Part shown: piece after piece, positions 57,764 through 64,000 of the stretch
Position numbering within the stretch: the stretch's first letter is position 1
How the letters are laid out: every line of letters begins with the position of its first letter
Assembly (NCBI GenBank): GCA_963667785.2
Contig: CAXXMU010000005.1
Span: 352,001 to 416,000 of the forward strand
Direction of reading: 5' to 3'
From: Alphaproteobacteria bacterium
GTDB lineage: Bacteria > Pseudomonadota > Alphaproteobacteria > UBA828
Length of the DNA stretch: 64,000 nt
Notes under the pieces: generated by a model
What the model was told of the DNA's origin: nothing
The model's database searches: none
The model's input: only the letters and a program-made list of their open reading frames with translations
Position numbers and translations under genes: made by a program

Positions 57764-59074
57764 CTAGAGGATGAACCTGCTGAGGTCCGCGTCCTTGGCA
57801 AGGTCGCCCACATGGGCCTCGACGTAGGCCGCATCGATGGTGATGGTCTCGCCGGAGCGGTCGGCGGCCTCGAAGCTGATCTCCTCCAGCAGCTTCTCCA
57901 TCACCGTGTGCAGCCGGCGCGCGCCGATGTTCTCGACCGAGCGGTTGACCTCGGCGGCGAGGTCGGAGACCGCGTCGATGGCGCAGTCGCTGAAGTCCAG
58001 CGTCACGCTCTCGGTCTGCATCAGCGCCCGGTACTGGCGGATCAGGCTGTTCTCGGGCTCGGTCAGGATCTTCTTCAGGTCGTCGCGGGCGAGCGCCCTG
58101 AGCTCGACCCGGATCGGCAGCCGCCCCTGGAGCTCGGGCAGCAGGTCGGCCGGCTTCGCCAGGTGGAAGGCGCCAGACGCGATGAAGAGGATGTGGTCGG
58201 TGGTGATCGCGCCGTGCTTGGTGGAGACGGTGGTGCCCTCGATCAGCGGCAGCAGGTCGCGCTGCACGCCCTCGCGGCTCACGTCGGCGCCGAGCCGGTC
58301 GGAGCGGGCGCAGATCTTGTCGATCTCGTCGATGAAGACGATGCCGTCGTTCCCGGCGCTCTCCAGCGCGCTGCGCACGACCTCGTCCTGATCGAGCAGG
58401 CTGTCGCTCTCCTCGGCCATCAGCGCGTCATAGGAGTCCTCGACCGACATGCGCTTGATCTTCTTCTGCTCGCCGAAGGCCTTGCCGAACATCTCGCCGA
58501 GATTGACCATGCCCATCTGGGCGCCCGGCATGCCGGGGATCTCGAAGGTCGGCAGCGACGAGGCCGCGGATTCGCTCACCTCGATGTCCACCTCCTTCTC
58601 GGCGAGCGTGCCTTCGCGCAGCATCTTGCGGAACTTGGTGCGGGTCTCCTTGCTCGCGTTCTTGCCCACCAGCGCATCGAGCACGCGCTCCTCGGCGTTG
58701 AGCTCGGCCCGGGCGGCCACCTCCTTGCGCATGCGCTCGCGGGTCATGTGGATCGAGATCTCCACCAGGTCGCGCACGATCTGCTCGACGTCGCGGCCGA
58801 CGTAGCCGACCTCGGTGAACTTGGTCGCCTCGACCTTGAGGAAGGGCGCCTGGGCGAGGCGCGCGAGCCGGCGCGCGATCTCGGTCTTGCCGACGCCCGT
58901 GGGGCCGATCATCAGGATGTTCTTGGGCAGCACCTCCTCGCGCAGGTCGCCGGTGAGCTGCTGGCGCCGCCAACGGTTGCGCAGCGCGATCGCCACCGAG
59001 CGCTTGGCCTCGTCCTGGCCGATGATGAAGCGGTCCAGCTCGGAGACGATCTCGCGCGGGCTGAATCCACTCAT
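57764..59074 (-). CDS. hslU: ATP-dependent protease ATPase subunit HslU
   Basis: [35 protein letters not shown] and FIDEIDK. Confidence 0.98.
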   Translation of the reverse strand: MSGFSPREIVSELDRFIIGQDEAKRSVAIALRNRWRRQQLTGDLREEVLPKNILMIGPTGVGKTEIARRLARLAQAPFLKVEATKFTEVGYVGRDVEQIVRDLVEISIHMTRERMRKEVAARAELNAEERVLDALVGKNASKETRTKFRKMLREGTLAEKEVDIEVSESAASSLPTFEIPGMPGAQMGMVNLGEMFGKAFGEQKKIKRMSVEDSYDALMAEESDSLLDQDEVVRSALESAGNDGIVFIDEIDKICARSDRLGADVSREGVQRDLLPLIEGTTVSTKHGAITTDHILFIASGAFHLAKPADLLPELQGRLPIRVELRALARDDLKKILTEPENSLIRQYRALMQTESVTLDFSDCAIDAVSDLAAEVNRSVENIGARRLHTVMEKLLEEISFEAADRSGETITIDAAYVEAHVGDLAKDADLSRFIL

Positions 59075-59634
59075 GGGCCGATCTTCTCGAGCACCAGCTC
59101 GGTGTTGGTGTAGATGCAGATGTCGGCGGCGATCGCCATCGCGCGGCGCGCCACCGCCTCGGCATCGAGGCCGTCGACGTCCACCAGCGCGCGGGCTGCG
59201 GCCAGCGCGAAGGGGCCGCCGGAGCCGATGCCGATCAGCCCGTCCGCCGGCTCAAGCACGTCGCCGGTGCCGGTGAGCACCAGCGAGACCTCGGAATCGG
59301 CGACCGCCATCATCGCCTCCAGCCGGCGCAGGTAGCGATCGGTGCGCCAGTCCTTCGCGAGCTCGACACAGGCACGGGTGAGCTGGCCCGGATGCTGCTC
59401 CAGCTTGCCTTCCAGCCGCTCGAAGAGGGTGAACGCATCGGCCGTGGCGCCGGCGAAGCCCGCGACGATGTTCCCCTCGCCGAGGCGCCGGACCTTGCGG
59501 GCGTTCGCCTTGATGACCGTCTGCCCGAGCGTGACCTGGCCGTCGCCCGCGACGACGACCTCGTCGCCCTTGCGGACCGACAGCACCGTCGTCCCGTGCC
59601 ACACCGGCCCGCGCTCCCGTTCCGTCTCGGTCAT
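59071..59634 (-). CDS. hslV: ATP-dependent protease peptidase subunit HslV
   Basis: [18 protein letters not shown] and [14 protein letters not shown]. Confidence 0.97.
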   Translation of the reverse strand: MTETERERGPVWHGTTVLSVRKGDEVVVAGDGQVTLGQTVIKANARKVRRLGEGNIVAGFAGATADAFTLFERLEGKLEQHPGQLTRACVELAKDWRTDRYLRRLEAMMAVADSEVSLVLTGTGDVLEPADGLIGIGSGGPFALAAARALVDVDGLDAEAVARRAMAIAADICIYTNTELVLEKIGP

Positions 59635-59816
59635 CCGCTCCTGCCGCGCCCGCGCGCGGCGCCCGATTGCACGCCGCCTGCCGCGCCGCACCATGTGGGT
59701 ATTCCTGGCGCCCGGTCAAGGGCAGGACAGGAAAGGTCACGCGCTCATGCGCGCGCTTGACCGGGACGCGCGTTGCCTTTACATAGCCCGCTCTCCCATC
59801 CACGGAGCGCGAGGCC

Positions 59817-60113
59817 ATGGCACGGCGCTGCGAGCTGACCGGCAAGGGCGTGCTGACCGGCAACAACGTAAGCCACGCCCACAACAAGACCCGGCGGCGG
59901 TTTCTGCCCAATCTCCACGACAAGGCGCTGCACAGCGAGGCGCTGGGGCGCATGGTGCGGCTCCGCGTCTCTGCGAACGCCATCCGCACGGTGGAGCGCC
60001 ACGGCGGCCTCGACGCCTACCTGCTGAAGACGTCGGACGACCGGCTCTCCCAGGGAGCGCGCCGCATCAAGCGCCAGGTGAGGACCATCCTCGCGGCCAA
60101 CGCCGCCGACTGA
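59817..60113 (+). CDS. rpmB: 50S ribosomal protein L28
   Basis: [31 protein letters not shown]. Confidence 0.97.
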   Translation: MARRCELTGKGVLTGNNVSHAHNKTRRRFLPNLHDKALHSEALGRMVRLRVSANAIRTVERHGGLDAYLLKTSDDRLSQGARRIKRQVRTILAANAAD

Positions 60114-60176
60114 TCCATCCTGTCGCAGACCCCGGCGCGTTGGCCCTGCGGGACCCGCGCCTTATAGTCCGCGGCC

Positions 60177-60770
60177 ATGAAGGCGCCCTTCCCGCTGTCG
60201 CTGCTGCTCCCCATCGCCGCGATGATGGCGGTGATCGGCGTCTCCAACGTCGCCGTCCAGCACGCGATCAACGATTGGCTGACCTGGGGCGCCTTCACCT
60301 ATCCGCTCGCCTTCCTGGTGACCGACCTCACCAACCGGGCGTGGGGGCCGGGGCGGGCGCGCACGGTGGCCTATGTGGGCTTCCCCTTCGGAATCGGGCT
60401 TTCCATCCTGCTCGCGGTGGCGGCGGACATTCCGCTTTGGGACGGCGTGCGCGTGGCGCTGGCGTCCGGCTTCGCTTTCATCTGCGCGCAGCTCTTCGAC
60501 ATCGCGCTGTTCCACCGGCTGAGGCGCGGGCTCTGGTGGCGGGCGCCTCTGGTCTCGTCGCTCTCGGCATCGGCGCTGGATACCGCGATCTTCTTCAGCG
60601 CGGCCTTCGCGCTGACCGGCCTGCCGTGGGTGACGTGGGCGCTCGGCGATTTCGCGATCAAGGTGGGCATGGCGGCCTTCCTGCTGATCCCCTTCAGGCT
60701 GCTGATGCCCTGGATCGTGCCTTCCCTCTACGGCGACGCGCGGGCGGGCGCGCGCCATGCAGACCTCTGA
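60177..60770 (+). CDS. Queuosine precursor transporter (VUT/YhhQ family)
   Basis: SNVAVQ, TWGAFTYP.AFLVTDL, AQLFD and DTAIFFS. Confidence 0.88.
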   Translation: MKAPFPLSLLLPIAAMMAVIGVSNVAVQHAINDWLTWGAFTYPLAFLVTDLTNRAWGPGRARTVAYVGFPFGIGLSILLAVAADIPLWDGVRVALASGFAFICAQLFDIALFHRLRRGLWWRAPLVSSLSASALDTAIFFSAAFALTGLPWVTWALGDFAIKVGMAAFLLIPFRLLMPWIVPSLYGDARAGARHADL

Positions 60771-60792
60771 CGCTAAGTGAGACGATAAACCC

Positions 60793-61440
60793 ATGAGCGA
60801 GAACCCCTTTCCCAACCTCCACCTGGTCGACCATCCGCTGGTCCAGCACAAGCTGAGCCACCTGCGCGACAAGACGACGTGGACCCCGCTCTTTCGCGCG
60901 CTCCTGCGCGAGATCGCGCTGCTCATCGGCTACGAGATCACGCGCGGCCTGCCGATGGATTCGCGGACCATCGAGACGCCGCTCACGGCGATGGAAGCGC
61001 CCTTCCTGCGCGGCCGGAAGCCCGCGATCGTGCCCATCCTGCGGGCCGGCCTCGGCATGGCGGAGGGGCTGGCCGAGCTCCTGCCGACCGCGCCGCTCGG
61101 CCATATCGGGCTCTACCGCGACCCCGAGACCCATCGCCCGGTCGAGTACTACGTGCGGCTGCCGGCGGATACCGACCGCCTCTTCATCCTGGTGGACCCG
61201 ATGCTCGCCACCGGCTACTCCGCGTCCTACGCGGTCGATCTGCTCAACCGGAACGGCATCGACGACAGGAACGTGCGCTTCATGGCCATGGTGGCGTCGC
61301 CCGAGGGCATGCGCGCCTTCAACGAGAAGCACGCGCGCGTCGAGGTGTGGGCGGCCTCCCTCGACGAGTGCCTGAACGAGAAGGCCTACATCGTGCCGGG
61401 GCTGGGCGACGCCGGCGACCGGCTCTTCGGCACGGATTAG
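60793..61440 (+). CDS. upp: Uracil phosphoribosyltransferase
   Basis: [21 protein letters not shown] and [13 protein letters not shown]. Confidence 0.97.
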   Translation: MSENPFPNLHLVDHPLVQHKLSHLRDKTTWTPLFRALLREIALLIGYEITRGLPMDSRTIETPLTAMEAPFLRGRKPAIVPILRAGLGMAEGLAELLPTAPLGHIGLYRDPETHRPVEYYVRLPADTDRLFILVDPMLATGYSASYAVDLLNRNGIDDRNVRFMAMVASPEGMRAFNEKHARVEVWAASLDECLNEKAYIVPGLGDAGDRLFGTD

Positions 61441-61570
61441 AGTCTTTTTCGCTCACGGCAGCCGGCCGTCCCGCGATTCCGCGTGCCTGCCGGCGCCTGC
61501 ACGGGCGCGCCGCATAAGCGGCGGGCCGCGGTCGCGGCCTGTCGCGAGCCCGTCAATGACGGCCTCGCTC
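61438..61570 (-). repeat. Structured intergenic repeat, copy 5 (inverted, lacks terminal hairpin module)
   Basis: GCCGCATAAGCGGC and TCGCTCACGGCAG cores; begins at the upp TAG stop. Confidence 0.85.
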
Positions 61571-61579
61571 CCGCGTCAG

Positions 61580-62494
61580 TCAGTTTGCCGCCGTGCGCTT
61601 CTCCCGCGAGTCCAGGTAGGGCGTGATCCGGCCGCCGAGGGTCTGGCCGGTTAGCTCCTCGGCGATGGTCACGGCCTTGCGCAGGCCGGCCACGTCGATG
61701 CCGGTCTCGAAGCCGGCCCCGTTCGCCATGAACACGAGGTCTTCGGTAGCGAGGTTGCCGGTGGCGCCGGGCGCGAAGGGGCAGCCGCCGAGGCCGCCGA
61801 TGGAGCTGTCGAACTTGCGGATCCCGCACTCGATGGCGACCCAGGTGAGCGTGAGCCCCATCGCGCGCGTGTCGTGGAAGTGGCCGGCGAGCCGCTCCGG
61901 CCCGTAGCGCCGGGCGAGCGTCTCGAAGAGGTGGACCATCTGCGGCGGGGTGCCGGCGCCGGTCGAATCGCCCAGCGCGAGCTCGTCGGCGCCCGCGTCG
62001 AACATGCGCGCGGCCAGATCGAACACCGTCTCGGGCGGAACCACGCCCTCGTAGGGGCAGGCGGCGACCACCGAGAGGTAGGAGCGAGCGCGGATGCCGT
62101 CCGCCTTGGCCCGCGCGATCACCGCCTGGTTGACCCTGATCGCCTCTTCCAGCGTCATGTTGATGTTGCGCCGGTTGAAGGCGTCGGTGGCGGCGAGCAC
62201 CAGGGCCACCGTGGTGGCGCCGGCCTCCACCGCGCGCTCGTAGCCCTTCTCGTTGGGCACCAGCGCCTCGTAGCCCACGCCGCGATCCTGCGGCAGACGG
62301 GCATAGACCTCGGCCGCGTCCGCCATCTGCGGCACCGCCTTCGGCGAGACGAAGCTCGCCGCCTCGACGGAGCGCAGGCCCGCATCCAGCAGCGCGTCCA
62401 GGAGGCGCAGCTTGCCCTCGGTGGGTACGACGCGCGGCTGGTTCTGGAGCCCGTCGCGGAGCCCCACCTCGTGCACGGTGATGGCGTCACTCAT
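61580..62494 (-). CDS. hmgL: Hydroxymethylglutaryl-CoA lyase
   Basis: EVGLRDGLQN, SFVSPKAVPQMAD, HFHDTR and GLGGCPFAPGATGN. Confidence 0.92.
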   Translation of the reverse strand: MSDAITVHEVGLRDGLQNQPRVVPTEGKLRLLDALLDAGLRSVEAASFVSPKAVPQMADAAEVYARLPQDRGVGYEALVPNEKGYERAVEAGATTVALVLAATDAFNRRNINMTLEEAIRVNQAVIARAKADGIRARSYLSVVAACPYEGVVPPETVFDLAARMFDAGADELALGDSTGAGTPPQMVHLFETLARRYGPERLAGHFHDTRAMGLTLTWVAIECGIRKFDSSIGGLGGCPFAPGATGNLATEDLVFMANGAGFETGIDVAGLRKAVTIAEELTGQTLGGRITPYLDSREKRTAAN

Positions 62495-62524
62495 CGCTCG
62501 TTTCCCTGCGCTTGCGGAGCGGGA

Positions 62525-63724
62525 TCAGGCTATCACGCCGGCCGTGCGAAGACCCGCGAGCTGGTTCGCGTCCTTGCCGCAGAGGCGGGCCAGCACCTCG
62601 TCCGTATGCTGGCCGAGGAGCGGCGGCGGCTCGTAGCTCTCGCCCGGGGTCGCGCTCAGCTTGATCGGGTTGCCGGTGGTGCGGAAGGAGCCGCCCTCGG
62701 GATGCGCGATGTCGACCACCATGTCGCGCGCCTGCACCTGCACGTCGGCGAGCGCACGAGCCACGTCGTTGACCGGCCCGCAGGGGACGCGGGCGGCGCG
62801 CAGCCGCTCGAGCCATTCGTCGCAGCCGTGCGCCCCGAGCGCTTCCGTGATCGCGCCGTCCACCGCCTCGCGGTGCTCGCACCGGCCCTCGTAGCCGTCG
62901 AAGCGCGCATCCTGGAGCGCAGGCGAGGCCAGCACCTCCCTGAGCCGCGCCCACTGGTCGTCCTTCACCACCGCGATGATCAGCCACCTGTCCCTGGTCG
63001 GGAACGCATTGTAGGGGACATAGATCGGATGCGCGTTGCCGAACTGGCGCGGTACCTCGCCGGAGAGGAGCTGCATCGCGGCGATGTAGCTCAAGAGCGA
63101 GACCTGGCAGTCCTGCATGGAGAGGTCGATGTGCTGGCCCTGGCCGGTCACCTCGCGCGCGTGCAGCGCCGCCAGCATGGCGACGGCGCCGAAGAGCCCG
63201 CTGGAGAGATCGCCCATGGGCACGCCGGCGCGGATCGGCGGGCCGCCCGCCTCGCCGGTGATCGACATGCCGCCGCCGTAGCCCTGGGACACCACGTCGA
63301 AGGCGGTGCGGTCGCAGTCGGGGCCGGCCTCGCCGAAGCCGGTGATGCTGCAGGTGACGATGCGCGGGTTGATGGCGGCGAGCGTCGCGTGGTCGACCTC
63401 CAGCCGCTCGGGCACGCCGGGGCGGAAATTGTTGACGACGATATCCGCCGCCGCCGCGAGCTCGTGGAAAAGAGCGCGGCCCTCCGCCTGCTTGAGGTCG
63501 ATGCAGACGCTCTTCTTGTTGCGGTTGAGTGTGCGGAAGTAGGGCCCCATGCCCTTGTAGGCGTAGCGGGGGTCGTCGGCGAGCAGGCCGCGGGTCATCT
63601 CGCCGCCGTCGGGCGGCTCCACCTTGATCGTCTGGGCGCCGAGGTCGGCCAGCAGCATGGTGGCGAAGGGACCCGACAGCATGTGCGTCAGGTCGAGCAT
63701 CACGATGTCCGAGAGGGCCTTCAT
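62525..63724 (-). CDS. Class III CoA-transferase (CaiB/BaiF family)
   Basis: LSGPFATMLLADLGA, NRNKKS, NFRPG, SITGFG and PLLGQHT. Confidence 0.93.
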   Translation of the reverse strand: MKALSDIVMLDLTHMLSGPFATMLLADLGAQTIKVEPPDGGEMTRGLLADDPRYAYKGMGPYFRTLNRNKKSVCIDLKQAEGRALFHELAAAADIVVNNFRPGVPERLEVDHATLAAINPRIVTCSITGFGEAGPDCDRTAFDVVSQGYGGGMSITGEAGGPPIRAGVPMGDLSSGLFGAVAMLAALHAREVTGQGQHIDLSMQDCQVSLLSYIAAMQLLSGEVPRQFGNAHPIYVPYNAFPTRDRWLIIAVVKDDQWARLREVLASPALQDARFDGYEGRCEHREAVDGAITEALGAHGCDEWLERLRAARVPCGPVNDVARALADVQVQARDMVVDIAHPEGGSFRTTGNPIKLSATPGESYEPPPLLGQHTDEVLARLCGKDANQLAGLRTAGVIA

Positions 63725-63822
63725 CGGGTCGGCAGGTGTCCGGCGGCGGGAGGGGGGCACACTCTATGGCCCGCGCCCGCGGCCGGTCAATGCGGCCGGA
63801 CCATTCATTTTCCTCAACGGCG

Positions 63823-63864
63823 GGCGCTCGCATCGCGCGCCCCTGCGCGCGTGGACGCGCGACG
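63823..63864 (+). repeat. Isolated central module of the structured repeat
   Basis: CTCGCATCGCGCGCCCCTGCGCGCGTGGACGCGCGACG closely matches 20915-20951 of copy 1. Confidence 0.55.
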
Positions 63865-63980
63865 CTCGCTTGCCTACGCGCTGACGCGCGCGGCGCAGTC
63901 GCGCCGTCCGGGCCTGCGGCCCGCCGGGCGCGGCCGCCTCGTGATACCATCGCCGCCCGGGCAAAGAGAGGGAGGCGAGC

Positions 63981-64000
63981 ATGGCGGCGAAGGCGGTCGG
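63981..64000 (+). CDS. Possible gene start, truncated by window edge
   Basis: GGAGG RBS followed by ATG (MAAKAV). Confidence 0.4.

Overview
A high-GC Alphaproteobacterial chromosomal segment (marker genes TrcR/DUF1013, DUF1192, hslUV, rpmB). A stand-alone Spondin_N protein and a GPP34 protein hint at a host-associated lifestyle such as a sponge symbiont (inference). Positions ~1-14700 look like a decaying genomic island abutting the 3' end of tRNA-Ser(CGA). It carries a stop-interrupted tyrosine integrase, several gene relics and one intact, tightly coupled minus-strand cluster. That cluster comprises an ArsP/SO_0444-type His-rich metal permease fused to an SPFH domain, HflC-like and HflK-like SPFH genes, a LivJ-fold binding protein, a small membrane protein, znuC, znuB and a further permease, with a candidate Zur box upstream. 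This putative 'SPFH-caged metal transporter' is the best candidate for an undescribed system. The rest (14800-64000) is metabolic/core DNA: hydroquinone dioxygenase, amide/C-N hydrolases, a sarcosine-oxidase-like mgdABCD, an amide/urea ABC transporter, dinJ-yafQ, mmsA, ald, tRNA-Val(GAC), hslUV, upp and hmgL. A ~130-180 bp structured repeat (five copies plus one fragment) shows covarying hairpins and repeatedly overlaps TAG/TAA stop codons. All calls come from reading motifs by eye; no database searches were run.
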